Of a DNA stretch of 64,000 nt, positions 12,001 through 27,000 are shown piece after piece. The stretch is taken from positions 222,890,001 through 222,954,000 of the forward strand of contig OZ024742.1 of assembly GCA_964016885.1 (NCBI GenBank), given 5' to 3'. Under the pieces are notes generated by a model. It was not told where the DNA came from. It did no database searches and saw only the letters and a program-made list of their open reading frames with translations. The first letter of the stretch is position 1. The number at the start of each line of letters is the position of its first letter. Position numbers and translations under genes: made by a program. This DNA is from Eledone cirrhosa (Eukaryota).

Positions 12001-15000
12001 GTACAGAAACTCTTCTGCTGCCTGGTAGCTATAGTGAAAGAAGCTGTATGGTAGACATGGATGTACAGAAACTCTTCCTCTGCCTGGTAGCTATAGTGAA
12101 AGAAGCTTTATGGTAGACATGGATGTATAGAAACTCTTCCTCTGCCTGGTAGCTATAGTGAAAGAAGCTTTATGGTAGACATGGATGTACAGAAACTCTT
12201 CCTCTGCCCGGTAGCTATAGTGAAAGAAGCTGTATGGTAGACATGGATGTACAGAAACTCTTCCTCTGCCTGGTAGCTATAGTGAAAGAAGCTTTATGGT
12301 AGACATGGATGTATAGAAACTCTTCCTCTGCCTGGTAGCTATAGTGAAAGAAGCTTTATGGTAGACATGGATGTACAGAAACTCTTCCTCTGCCCGGTAG
12401 CTATAGTGAAAGAAGCTGTATGGTAGACATGGATGTACAGAAACTCTTCCTCTGCCTGGTAGCTATAGTGAAAGAAGCTGTATGGTAGACATGGATGTAC
12501 AGAAACTCTTCCTCTGCCCGGTAGCTATAGTGAAAGAAGCTGTATGGTAGACATGGATGTACAGAAACTCTTCCTCTGCCTGGTAGCTATAGTGAAAGAA
12601 GCTTTATGGTAGACATGGATGTACAGAAACTCTTCCTCTGCCCGGTAGCTATAGTGAAAGAAGCTGTATGGTAGACATGGATGTACAGAAAGTCTTCCTC
12701 TGCCTGGTAGCTATAGTGAAAGAAGCTGTATGGTAGACATGGATGTACAGAAACTCTTCCTCTGCCTGGTAGCTATAGTGAAAGAAGCTTTATGGTAGAC
12801 ATGGATGTACAGAAACTCTTCCTCTGCCCGGTAGCTATAGTGAAAGAAGCTGTATGGTAGACATGGATGTACAGGAACTCTTCTGCCCGGTAGCTATAGT
12901 GAAAGAAGCTGTATGGTAGACATGGATGTACAGAAAGTCTTCCTCTGCCTGGTAGCTATAGTGAAAGAAGCTGTATGGTAGACATGGATGTACAGAAACT
13001 CTTCCTCTGTCTGGTAGCTATAGTGAAAGAAGCTGTATGGTAGACATGGATGTACAGAAACTCTTCCTCTGCCTGGTAGCTATAGTGAAAGAAGCTGTAT
13101 GGTAGACATGGATGTACAGAAACTCTTCTTCTGCCTGGTAGCTATAGTGAAAGAAGCTGTATGGTAGACATGGATGTACAGAAAGTCTTCCTCTGCCTGG
13201 TAGCTATAGTGAAAGAAGCTGTATGGTAGACATGGATGTACAGAAACTCTTCCTCTGTCTGGTAGCTATAGTGAAAGAAGCTGTATGGTAGACATGGATG
13301 TACAGAAACTCTTCCTCTGTCTGGTAGCTATAGTGAAAGAAGCTGTATGGTAGACATGGATGTACAGAAACTCTTCCTCTGCCTGGTAGCTATAGTGAAA
13401 GAAGCTGTATGGTAGACATGGATGTACAGAAACTCTTCCTCTGCCTGGTAGCTATAGTGAAAGAAGCTTTATGGTAGACATGGATGTACAGAAACTCTTC
13501 CTCTGTCTGGTAGCTATAGTGAAAGAAGCTGTATGGTAGACATGGATGTACAGAAACTCTTCTTCTGCCCGGTAGCTATAGTGAAAGAAGCTGTATGGTA
13601 GACATGGATGTACAGAAACTCTTCCTCTGCCTGGTAGCTATAGTGAAAGAAGCTTTATGGTAGACATGGATGTACAGAAACTCTTCCTCTGCCTGGTAGC
13701 TATAGTGAAAGAAGCTTTATGGTAGACATGGATGTACAGAAACTCTTCCTCTGCCCGGTAGCTATAGTGAAAGAAGCTGTATGGTAGACATGGATGTACA
13801 GAAACTCTTCCTCTGCCTGGTAGCTATAGTGAAAGAAGCTTTATGGTAGACATGGATGTACAGAAACTCTTCCTCTGTCTGGTAGCTATAGTGAAAGAAG
13901 CTGTATGGTAGACATGGATGTACAGAAACTCTTCTTCTGCCCGGTAGCTATAGTGAAAGAAGCTGTATGGTAGACATGGATGTACAGAAACTCTTCCTCT
14001 GCCCGGTAGCTATAGTGAAAGAAGCTGTATGGTAGACATGGATGTACAGAAACTCTTCCTCTGCCTGGTAGCTATAGTGAAAGAAGCAGTATGGTAGACA
14101 TGGATGTACAGAAACTCTTCCTCTGCCTGGTAGCTATAGTGAAAGAAGCTGTATGGTAGACATGGATGTACAGAAACTCTTCCTCTGTCTGGTAGCTATA
14201 GTGAAAGAAGCTGTATGGTAGACATGGATGTACAGAAACTCTTCTTCTGCCCGGTAGCTATAGTGAAAGAAGCTGTATGGTAGACATGGATGTACAGAAA
14301 CTCTTCCTCTGCCTGGTAGCTATAGTGAAAGAAGCTTTATGGTAGACATGGATGTACAGAAACTCTTCTTCTGCCCGGTAGCTATAGTGAAAGAAGCTGT
14401 ATGGTAGACATGGATGTACAGAAACTCTTCCTCTGTCTGGTAGCTATAGTGAAAGAAGCTGTATGGTAGACATGGATGTACAGAAACTCTTCTGCTGCCT
14501 GGTAGCTATAGTGAAAGAAGCTGTATGGTAGACATGGATGTACAGAAACTCTTCTTCTGCCCGGTAGCTATAGTGAAAGAAGCTGTATGGTAGACATGGA
14601 TGTACAGAAACTCTTCCTCTGTCTGGTAGCTATAGTGAAAGAAGCTGTATGGTAGACATGGATGTACAGAAACTATTCTTCTGCCCGGTAGCTATAGTGA
14701 AAGAAGCTGTATGGTAGACATGGATGTACAGAAACTCTTCCTCTGCCTGGTAGCTATAGTGAAAGAAGCTGTATGGTAGACATGGATGTACAGAAACTCT
14801 TCTGCTGCCTGGTAGCTATAGTGAAAGAAGCTGTATGGTAGACATGGATGTACAGAAACTCTTCTTCTGCCCGGTAGCTATAGTGAAAGAAGCTGTATGG
14901 TAGACATGGATGTACAGAAACTCTTCCTCTGCCTGGTAGCTATAGTGAAAGAAGCTTTATGGTAGACATGGATGTACAGAAACTCTTCCTCTGCCTGGTA

Positions 15001-18000
15001 GCTATAGTGAAAGAAGCTTTATGGTAGACATGGATGTACAGAAACTCTTCCTCTGCCTGGTAGCTATAGTGAAAGAAGCTGTATGGTAGACATGGATGTA
15101 CAGAAACTCTTCCTCTGTCTGGTAGCTATAGTGAAAGAAGCTGTATGGTAGACATGGATGTACAGAAACTATTCTTCTGCCCGGTAGCTATAGTGAAAGA
15201 AGCTGTATGGTAGACATGGATGTACAGAAACTCTTCCTCTGTCTGGTAGCTATAGTGAAAGAAGCTGTATGGTAGACATGGATGTACAGAAACTCTTCCT
15301 CTGCCTGGTAGCTATAGTGAAAGAAGCTGTATGGTAGACATGGATGTACAGGAACTCTTCCTCTGCCCGGTAGCTATAGTGAAAGAAGCTGTATGGTAGA
15401 CATGGATGTACAGAAACTCTTCTTCTGTCTGGTAGCTATAGTGAAAGAAGCTGTATGGTAGACATGGATGTACAGAAACTCTTCCTCTGCCTGGTAGCTA
15501 TAGTGAAAGAAGCTTTATGGTAGACATGGATGTACAGAAACTCTTCCTCTGCCCGGTAGCTATAGTGAAAGAAGCTGTATGGTAGACATGGATGTACAGA
15601 AACTCTTCTTCTGTCTGGTAGCTATAGTGAAAGAAGCTGTATGGTAGACATGGATGTACAGAAACTCTTCCTCTGCCTGGTAGCTATAGTGAAAGAAGCT
15701 TTATGGTAGACATGGATGTACAGAAACTCTTCCTCTGCCCGGTAGCTATAGTGAAAGAAGCTGTATGGTAGACATGGATGTACAGGAACTCTTCTGCCCG
15801 GTAGCTATAGTGAAAGAAGCTTTATGGTAGACATGGATGTACAGAAAGTCTTCCTCTGCCTGGTAGCTATAGTGAAAGAAGCTGTATGGTAGACATGGAT
15901 GTACAGAAACTCTTCTGCTGCCTGGTAGCTATAGTGAAAGAAGCTGTATGGTAGACATGGATGTACAGAAACTCTTCTTCTGTCTGGTAGCTATAGTGAA
16001 AGAAGCTGTATGGTAGACATGGATGTACAGAAACTCTTCCTCTGCCTGGTAGCTATAGTGAAAGAAGCTGTATGGTAGACATGGATGTACAGAAACTCTT
16101 CCTCTGCCTGGTAGCTATAGTGAAAGAAGCTGTATGGTAGACATGGATGTACAGAAACTCTTCCTCTGCCTGGTAGCTATAGTGAAAGAAGCTGTATGGT
16201 AGACATGAATGTACAGAAACTCTTCTTCTGTCTGGTAGCTATAGTGAAAGAAGCTGTATGGTAGACATGGATGTACAGAAAGTCTTCCTCTGCCTGGTAG
16301 CTATAGTGAAAGAAGCTGTATGGTAGACATGGATGTACAGAAACTCTTCCTCCGCCTGGTAGCTATAGTGAAAGAAGCTGTATGGTAGACATGGATGTAC
16401 AGAAACTCTTCCTCTGCCTGGTAGCTATAGTGAAAGAAGCTGTATGGTAGACATGGATGTACAGAAACTCTTCCTCTGCCTGGTAGCTATAGTGAAAGAA
16501 GCTGTATGGTAGACATGAATGTACAGAAACTCTTCCTCTGTCTGGTAGCTATAGTGAAAGAAGCTGTATGGTAGACATGGATGTACAGAAACTCTTCTGC
16601 TGCCTGGTAGCTATAGTGAAAGAAGCTGTATGGTAGACATGAACGTACAGAAACTCTTCTTCTGTCTGGTAGCTATAGTGAAAGAAGCTGTATGGTAGAC
16701 ATGGATGTACAGAATCTCTTCTTCTGCCCGGTAGCTATAGTGAAAGAAGCTGTATGGTAGACATGGATGTACAGAAACTCTTCCTCCGCCTGGTAGCTAT
16801 AGTGAAAGAAGCTGTATGGTAGACATGGATGTACAGAAACTCTTCTGCTGCCTGGTAGCTATAGTGAAAGAAGCTTTATGGTAGACATGGATGTACAGAA
16901 ACTCTTCCTCTGCCTGGTAGCTATAGTGAAAGAAGCTTTATGGTAGACATGGATGTACAGAAACTCTTCCTCTGCCTGGTAGCTATAGTGAAAGAAGCTG
17001 TATGGTAGACATGGATGTACAGAAACTCTTCTGCTGCCTGGTAGCTATAGTGAAAGAAGCTTTATGGTAGACATGGATGTACAGAAACTCTTCCTCTGTC
17101 TGGTAGCTATAGTGAAAGAAGCTGTATGGTAGACATGGATGTACAGAAACTCTTCTGCTGCCTGGTAGCTATAGTGAAAGAAGCTTTATGGTAGACATGG
17201 ATGTACAGAAACTCTTCCTCTGCCTGGTAGCTATAGTGAAAGAAGCTTTATGGTAGACATGGATGTACAGAAACTCTTCCTCTGTCTGGTAGCTATAGTG
17301 AAAGAAGCTGTATGGTAGACATGGATGTACAGAAACTCTTCTTCTGCCCGGTAGCTATAGTGAAAGAAGCTGTATGGTAGACATGGATGTACAGAAACTC
17401 TTCCTCTGTCTGGTAGCTATAGTGAAAGAAGCTGTATGGTAGACATGGATGTACAGAAACTCTTCTGCTGCCTGGTAGCTATAGTGAAAGAAGCTTTATG
17501 GTAGACATGGATGTATAGAAACTCTTCCTCTGCCTGGTAGCTATAGTGAAAGAAGCTTTATGGTAGACATGGATGTACAGAAACTCTTCCTCTGCCCGGT
17601 AGCTATAGTGAAAGAAGCTGTATGGTAGACATGGATGTACAGGAACTCTTCTGCCCGGTAGCTATAGTGAAAGAAGCTGTATGGTAGACATGGATGTACA
17701 GAAAGTCTTCCTCTGCCTGGTAGCTATAGTGAAAGAAGCTGTATGGTAGACATGGATGTACAGAAACTCTTCCTCTGTCCGGTAGCTATAGTGAAAGAAG
17801 CTGTATGGTAGACATGGATGTACAGAAACTCTTCCTCTGCCTGGTAGCTATAGTGAAAGAAGCTGTATGGTAGACATGGATGTACAGAAACTCTTCCTCT
17901 GCCTGGTAGCTATAGTGAAAGAAGCTGTATGGTAGACATGAATGTACAGAAACTCTTCTTCTGTCTGGTAGCTATAGTGAAAGAAGCTGTATGGTAGACA

Positions 18001-21000
18001 TGGATGTACAGAAACTCTTCTTCTGCCTGGTGGCTATAGTGAAAGAAGCTGTATGGTAGACATGGATGTACAGAAAGTCTTCCTCTGCCTGGTAGCTATA
18101 GTGAAAGAAGCTGTATGGTAGACATGGATGTACAGAAACTCTTCCTCTGCCTGGTAGCTATAGTGAAAGAAGCTGTATGGTAGACATGAATGTACAGAAA
18201 CTCTTCTTCTGCCTGGTGGCTATAGTGAAAGAAGCTGTATGGTAGACATGGATGTACAGAAAGTCTTCCTCTGCCTGGTAGCTATAGTGAAAGAAGCTGT
18301 ATGGTAGACATGGATGTACAGAAACTCTTCCTCTGTCTGGTAGCTATAGTGAAAGAAGCTGTATGGTAGACATGGATGTACAGAAACTCTTCCTCTGTCT
18401 GGTAGCTATAGTGAAAGAAGCTGTATGGTAGACATGGATGTACAGAAACTCTTCCTCTGCCTGGTAGCTATAGTGAAAGAAGCTGTATGGTAGACATGAA
18501 TGTACAGAAACTCTTCTTCTGTCTGGTAACTATAGTGAAAGAAGCTGTATGGTAGACATGAATGTACAGAAACTCTTCCTCTGCCCGGTAGCTATAGTGA
18601 AAGAAGCTTTATGGTAGACATGGATGTACAGAAACTCTTCCTCTGTCTGGTAGCTATAGTGAAAGAAGCTGTATGGTAGACATGGATGTACAGAAACTCT
18701 TCTTCTGCCCGGTAGCTATAGTGAAAGAAGCTGTATGGTAGACATGGATGTACAGAAAGTCTTCCTCTGTCTGGTAGCTATAGTGAAAGAAGCTGTATGG
18801 TAGACATGGATGTACAGAAACTCTTCCTCTGCCTGGTAGCTATAGTGAAAGAAGCTGTATGGTAGACATGGATGTACAGAAACTCTTCCTCTGCCTGGTA
18901 ACTATAGTGAAAGAAGCTGTATGGTAGACATGAATGTACAGAAACTCTTCTTCTGTCTGGTAGCTATAGTGAAAGAAGCTGTATGGTAGACATGGATGTA
19001 CAGAAAGTCTTCCTCTGTCTGGTAGCTATAGTGAAAGAAGCTGTATGGTAGACATGGATGTACAGAAACTCTTCCTCTGCCTGGTAGCTATAGTGAAAGA
19101 AGCTTTATGGTAGACATGGATGTACAGAAACTCTTCCTCTGCCTGGTAGCTATAGTGAAAGAAGCTGTATGGTAGACATGGATGTACAGAAACTCTTCCT
19201 CTGTCTGGTAGCTATAGTGAAAGAAGCTGTATGGTAGACATGGATGTACAGAAACTCTTCTGCTGCCTGGTAGCTATAGTGAAAGAAGCTGTATGGTAGA
19301 CATGGATGTACAGAAACTCTTCCTCTGCCTGGTAGCTATAGTGAAAGAAGCTGTATGGTAGACATGGATGTACAGAAACTCTTCTGCTGCCTGGTAGCTA
19401 TAGTGAAAGAAGCTGTATGGTAGACATGGATGTACAGAAACTCTTCTTCTGCCTGGTAGCTATAGTGAAAGAAGCTGTATGGTAGACATGGATGTACAGA
19501 AACTCTTCTGCCTGGTAGCTATAGTGAAAGAAGCTGTATGGTAGACATGGATGTACAGAAACTCTTCTTCTGCCTGGTAGCTATAGTGAAAGAAGCTGTA
19601 TGGTAGACATGGATGTACAGAAACTTTTCCTCTGCCTGGTAGCTATAGTGAAAGAAGCTGTATGGTAGACATGGATGTACAGAAACTCTTCCTCTGCCTG
19701 GTAGCTATAGTGAAAGAAGCTGTATGGTAGACATGGATGTACAGAAACTCTTCCTCTGTCTGGTAGCTATAGTGAAAGAAGCTGTATGGTAGACATGGAT
19801 GTACAGAAACTCTTCCTCTGCCTGGTAGCTATAGTGAAAGAAGCTGTATGGTAGACATGGATGTACAGAAACTCTTCCTCTGTTTGGTAGCTATAGTGAA
19901 AGAAGATGTATGGTAGACATGGATGTACAGAAACTCTTCCTCTGCCTGGTAGCTATAGTGAAAGAAGCTGTATGGTAGACATGGATGTACAGAAACTCTT
20001 CTGCTGCCTGGTAGCTATAGTGAAAGAAGCTGTATGGTAGACATGGATGTACAGAAACTCTTCCTCTGTCTGGTAGCTATAGTGAAAGAAGCTGTATGGT
20101 AGACATGGATGTACAGAAACTCTTCTGCTGCCTGGTAGCTATAGTGAAAGAAGCTGTATGGTAGACATGGATGTACAGAAACTCTTCTGCTGCCTGGTAG
20201 CTATAGTGAAAGAAGCTGTATGGTAGACATGGATGTACAGAAACTCTTCCTCTGTCTGGTAGCTATAGTGAAAGAAGCTGTATGGTAGACATGGATGTAC
20301 AGAAACTCTTCTGCTGCCTGGTAGCTATAGTGAAAGAAGCTGTATGGTAGACATGGATGTACAGAATCTCTTCTTCTGCCCGGTAGCTATAGTGAAAGAA
20401 GCTGTATGGTAGACATGGATGTACAGAAACTCTTCCTCTGTCTGGTAGCTATAGTGAAAGAAGCTGTATGGTAGACATGAATGTACAGAAACTCTTCCTC
20501 TGCCTGGTAGCTATAGTGAAGGAAGCTGTATGGTAGACATGGATGTACAGAAACTCTTCCTCTGCCTGGCAGCTATAGTGAAAGAAGCTGTATGGTAGAC
20601 ATGGATGTACAGAAACTCTTCTTCTGCCCGGTAGCTATAGTGAAAGAAGCTGTATGGTAGACATGGATGTACAGAAACTCTTCTTCTGCCCGGTAGCTAT
20701 AGTGAAAGAAGCTGTATGGTAGACATGGATGTACAGAAACTCTTCCTCTCTCTGGTAGCTATAGTGAAAGAAGCTGTATGGTAGACATGGATGTACAGAA
20801 ACTCTTCTTCTGCCTGGTAGTTATAGTGAAAGAAGCTGTATGGTAGACATGGATGTACAGAAACTCTTCTGCTGCCTGGTAGCTATAGTGAAAGAAGCTG
20901 TATGGTAGACATGGATGTACAGAAACTCTTCTGCCCTGTAGCTATAGTGAAAGAAGCTGTATGGTAGACATGGATGTACAGAAACTCTTCCTCTGCCTGG

Positions 21001-24000
21001 TAGCTATAGTGAAAGAAGCTTTATGGTAGACATGGATGTACAGAAACTCTTTCTCTGCCTGGTAGCTATAGTGTAAGAAGCTGTATGGTAGACATGGATG
21101 TACAGAAACTCTTCCTCTGCCTGGTAACTATAGTGAAAGAAGCTGTATGGTAGACATGAATGTACAGAAACTCTTCCTCTGTCTGGTAGCTATAGTGAAA
21201 GAAGCTGTATGGTAGACATGGATGTACAGAAACTCTTCTTCTGCCTGGTAGCTATAGTGAAAGAAGCTGTATGGTAGACATGGATGTACAGAAACTCTTC
21301 TGCTGCCTGGTAGCTATAGTGAAAGAAGCTGTATGGTAGACATGGATGTACAGAAACTCTTCTTCTGCCCGGTAGCTATAGTGAAAGAAGCTGTATGGTA
21401 GACATGGATGTACAGAAACTCTTCCTCTGCCTGGTAGCTATAGTGAAAGAAGCTGTATGGTAGACATGGATGTACAGAAACTCTTCCTCTGCCTGGTAGC
21501 TATAGTGAAAGAAGCTTTATGGTAGACATGGATGTACAGAAACTCTTCCTCTGTCTGGTAGCCATAGTGAAAAAGCTGTATGGTAGACATGGATGTACAG
21601 AAAGTCTTCTTCTGTCTGGTAGCTATAGTGAAAGAAGCTGTATGGTAGACATGGATGTACAGAAACTCTTCTACTGCCTGGTAGCTATAGTGAAAGAAGC
21701 TGTATGGTAGACATGGATGTACAGAAAGTCTTGCTCTGTCTGGTAGCTATAGTGAAAGAAGCTGTATGGTAGACATGGATGTACAGAAACTCTTCCTCTG
21801 CCTGGTAGCTATAGTGAAAGAAGCTTTATGGTAGACATGGATGTACAGAAAGTCTTCTTCTGTCTGGTAGCTATAGTGAAAGAAGCTTTATGGTAGACAT
21901 GGATGTACAGAAACTCTTCCTCTGCCCGGTAGCTATAGTGAAAGAACCTGTATGGTAGACATGGATGTACAGGAACTCTTCTGCCCGGTAGCTATAGTGA
22001 AAGAAGCTGTATGGTAGACATGGATGTACAGAAAGTCTTCCTCTGCCTGGTAGCTATAGTGAAAGAAGCTGTATGGTAGACATGGATGTACAGAAACTCT
22101 TCCTCTGTCTGGTAGCTATAGTGAAAGAAGCTGTATGGTAGACATGGATGTACAGAAACTCTTCCTCTTCCTGGTAGCTATAGTGAAAGAAGCTGTATGG
22201 TAGACATGAATGTACAGAAAGTCTTCCTCTGCCTGGTAGCTATAGTGAAAGAAGCTGTATGGTAGACATGAATGTACAGAAAGTCTTCCTCTGCCTGGTA
22301 GCTATAGTGAAAGAAGCTGTATGGTAGACATGAATGTACAGAAAGTCTTCCTCTGCCTGGTAGCTATAGTGAAAGAAGCTGTATGGTAGACATGAATGTA
22401 CAGAAAGTCTTCCTCTGCCTGGTAGCTATAGTGAAAGAAGCTGTATGGTAGACATGGATGTACAGAAACTCTTCCTCTGTCTGGTAGCTATAGTGAAAGA
22501 AGCTGTATGGTAGACATGGATGTACAGAAACTCTTCCTCTTCCTGGTAGCTATAGTGAAAGAAGCTGTATGGTAGACATGGATGTACAGAAAGTCTTCCT
22601 CTGCCTGGTAGCTATAGTGAAAGAAGCTGTATGGTAGACATGGATGTACAGAAACTCTTCTTCTGTCTGGTAGCTATAGTGAAAGAAGCTGTATGGTAGA
22701 CATGGATGTACAGAAAGTCTTCCTCTGCCTGGTAGCTATAGTGAAAGAAGCTGTATGGTAGACATGGATGTACAGAAACTCTTCCTCTGTCTGGTAGCTA
22801 TAGTGAAAGAAGCTGTATGGTAGACATGGATGTACAGAAACTCTTCCTCTTCCTGGTAGCTATAGTGAAAGAAGCTGTATGGTAGACATGGATGTACAGA
22901 AACTCTTCCTCTGCCTGGTAGCTATAGTGAAAGAAGCTGTATGGTAGACATGGATGTACAGAAACTCTTCCTCTGCCCGGTAGCTATAGTGAAAGAAGCT
23001 GTATGGTAGACATGAATGTACAGAAACTCTTCTTCTGTCTGGTAGCTATAGTGAAAGAAGCTGTATGGTAGACATGGATGTACAGAAAGTCTTCCTCTGC
23101 CTGGTAGCTATAGTGAAAGAGCTGTATGGTAGAATATGGATGTACAGAAACTCTTCCTCTGTCTGGTAGCTATAGTGAAAGAAGCTGTATGGTAGACATG
23201 GATGTACACAAACTCTTCCTCTGCCTGGTAGCTATAGTGAAAGAAGCTGTATGGTAGACATGGATGTACAGAAACTCTTCCTCTGCCTGGTAGCTATAGT
23301 GAAAGAAGCTTTATGGTAGACATGGATGTACAGAAACTCTTCCTCTGTCTGGTAGCTATAGTGAAAGAAGCTGTATGGTAGACAAGGATGTACAGAAACT
23401 CTTCTTCTGCCCGGTAGCAATAGTGAAAGAAGCTGTATGGTAGACATGGATGTACAGAAAGTCTTCCTCTTTCTGGTAGCTATAGTGAAAGAAGCTGTAT
23501 GGTAGACATGGATGTACAGAAACTCTTCTGCTGCCTGGTAGCTATAGTGAAAGAAGCTGTATGGTAGACATGGATGTACAGAAACTCTTCTTCTGCCCGG
23601 TAGCTATAGTGAAAGAAGCTGTATGGTAGACATGGATGTACAGAAACTTTTCCTCTGCCTGGTAGCTATAGTGAAAGAAGCTGTATGGTAGACATGGATG
23701 TACAGAAACTCTTCCTCTGCCTGGTAGCTATAGTGAAAGAAGCTTTATGGTAGACATGGATGTACAGAAACTCTTCCTCTGCCTGGTAGCTATAGTGAAA
23801 GAAGCTGTATGGTAGACATGGATGTACAGAAACTCTTTCTCTGCCTGGTAGCTATAGTGTAAGAAGCTGTATGGTAGACATGGATGTACAGAAACTCTTC
23901 TGCCCTGTAGCTATAGTGAAAGAAGCTGTATGGTAGACATGGATGTACAGAAACTCTTCCTCTGCCTGGTAGCTATAGTGAAAGAAGCTGTATGGTAGAC

Positions 24001-27000
24001 ATGGATGTACAGAAACTCTTCTGCCCTGTAGCTATAGTGAAAGAAGCTGTATGGTAGACATGGATGTACAGAAACTGTTCCTCTGCCTGGTAGCTATAGT
24101 GAAAGAAGCTGTATGGTAGACATGGATGTACAGAAACTCTTCTGCCCTGTAGCTATAGTGAAAGAAGCTGTATGGTAGACATGGATGTACAGAAACTCTT
24201 CTGCCCTGTAGCTATAGTGAAAGAAGCTGTATGGTAGACATGGATGTACAGAAACTCTTCTGCCCTGTAGCTATAGTGAAAGAAGCTGTATGGTAGACAT
24301 GGATGTACAGAAACTCTTCTTCTGTCTGGTCGCTATAGTGAAAGAAGCTGTATGGTAGACATGGATGTACAGAAACTCTTCCTCTGCCTGGTAGCTATAG
24401 TGAAAGAAGCTGTATGGTAGACATGGATGTACAGAAACTCTTCTGCCCTGTAGCTATAGTGAAAGAAGCTGTATGGTAGACATGGATGTACAGAAACTCT
24501 TCCTCTGCCTGGTAGCTATAGTGAAAGAAGCTGTATGGTAGACATGGATGTACAGAAACTCTTTCTCTGCCTGGTAGCTATAGTGTAAGAAGCTGTATGG
24601 TAGACATGGATGTACAGAAACTCTTCCTCTGCCTGGTAACTATAGTGAAAGAAGCTGTATGGTAGACATGAATGTACAGAAACTCTTCCTCTGTCTGGTA
24701 GCTATAGTGAAAGAAGCTGTATGGTAGACATGGATGTACAGAAACTCTTCTGCCCTGTAGCTATAGTGAAAGAAGCTGTATGGTAGACATGGATGTACAG
24801 AAACTCTTCCTCTGCCTGGTAGCTATAGTGAAAGAAGCTTTATGGTAGACATGGATGTACAGAAACTCTTCCTCTGTCTGGTAACTATAGTGAAAGAAGC
24901 TGTATGGTAGACATGGATGTACAGAAACTCTTCCTCTGTCTGGTAACTATAGTGAAAGAAGCTGTATGGTAGACATGGATGTACAGAAAGTCTTCCTCTG
25001 CCTGGTAGCTATAGTGAAAGAAGCTGTATGGTAGACATGGATGTACAGAAACTCTTCCTCTGCCTGGTAGCTATAGTGAAAGAAGCTGTATGGTAGACAT
25101 GGATGTACAGAAACTCTTCCTCTGCCCGGTAGCTATAGTGAAAGAACCTGTATGGTAGACATGGATGTACAGGAACTCTTCTGCCCGGTAGCTATAGTGA
25201 AAGAATCTGTATGGTAGACATGGATGTACAGAAACTCTTCTTCTGCCTGGTAGCTATAGTGAAAGAAGCTGTATGGTAGACATGGATGTACAGAAACTCT
25301 TCTTCTGCCTGGTAGCTATAGTGAAAGAATCTGTATGGTAGACATGGATGTACAGAAACTCTTCTTCTGCCTGGTAGCTATAGTGAAAGAAGCTGTATGG
25401 TAGACATGGATGTACAGAAACTCTTCCTCTGCCTGGTAGCTATAGTGAAAGAAGCTGTATGGTAGACATGAATGTACAGAAACTCTTCTTCTGTCTGGTA
25501 GCTATAGTGAAAGAAGCTGTATGGTAGACATGGATGTACAGAAACTCTTCCTCTGCCTGGTAGCTATAGTGAAAGAAGCTGTATGGTAGACATGGATGTA
25601 CAGAAACTCTTCCTCTGTCTGGTAGCTATAGTGAAAGAAGCTGTATGGTAGACAAGGATGTACAGAAACTCTTCTTCTGCCCGGTAGCAATAGTGAAAGA
25701 AGCTGTATGGTAGACATGGATGTACAGAAAGTCTTCCTCTTTCTGGTAGCTATAGTGAAAGAAGCTGTATGGTAGACATGGATGTACAGAAACTCTTCTG
25801 CTGCCTGGTAGCTATAGTGAAAGAAGCTGTATGGTAGACATGGATGTACAGAAACTCTTCTTCTGTCCGGTAGCTATAGTGAAAGAAGCTGTATGGTAGA
25901 CATGGATGTACAGAAACTTTTCCTCTGCCTGGTAGCTATAGTGAAAGAAGCTTTATGGTAGACATGGATGTACAGAAAGTCTTCCTCTGCCTGGTAGCTA
26001 TAGTGAAAGAAGCTTTATGGTAGACATGGATGTACAGAAACTCTTCCTCTGCCTGGTAGCTATAGTGAAAGAAGCTGTATGGTAGACATGGATGTACAGA
26101 AACTCTTCCTCTGCCTGGTAGCTATAGTGAAAGAAGCTGTATGGTAGACATGAATGTACAGAAACTCTTCCTCTGTCTGGTAGCTATAGTGAAAGAAGCT
26201 GTATGGTAGACATGGATGTACAGAAACTCTTCTGCTGCCTGGTAGCTATAGTGAAAGAAGCTGTATGGTAGACATGGATGTACAGAATCTCTTCTTCTGC
26301 CCGGTAGCTATAGTGAAAGAAGCTGTATGGTAGACATGGATGTACAGAAACTCTTCCTCTGTCTGGTAGCTATAGTGAAAGAAGCTGTATGGTAGACATG
26401 GACGTACAGAAACTCTTCCTCTGCCTGGTAGCTATAGTGAAGGAAGCTGTATGGTAGACATGGATGTACAGAAACTCTTCCTCTGCCTGGTAGCTATAGT
26501 GAAAGAAGCTGTATGGTAGACATGGATGTACAGAAACTCTTCTGCTGCCTGGTAGCTATAGTGAAAGAAGCTGTATGGTAGACATGGATGTACAGAATCT
26601 CTTCTTCTGCCCGGTAGCTATAGTGAAAGAAGCTGTATGGTAGACATGGATGTACAGAAACTCTTCCTCTGTCTGGTAGCTATAGTGAAAGAAGCTGTAT
26701 GGTAGACATGGATGTACAGAATCTCTTCTTCTGCCCGGTAGCTATAGTGAAAGAAGCTGTATGGTAGACATGGATGTACAGAAACTCTTCCTCTGTCTGG
26801 TAGCTATAGTGAAAGAAGCTGTATGGTAGACATGGACGTACAGAAACTCTTCCTCTGCCTGGTAGCTATAGTGAAGGAAGCTGTATGGTAGACATGGATG
26901 TACAGAAACTCTTCCTCTGCCTGGTAGCTATAGTGAAAGAAGCTGTATGGTAGACATGGATGTACAGAAACTCTTCTGCTGCCTGGTAGCTATAGTGAAA

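Noticed and set aside
21519-21710. 63-aa plus-strand ORF
   Set aside because: It arises from a 1-bp deletion (GTGAAAAAGCTG) in one monomer that shifts the frame past the usual stops. It is pure repeat sequence.
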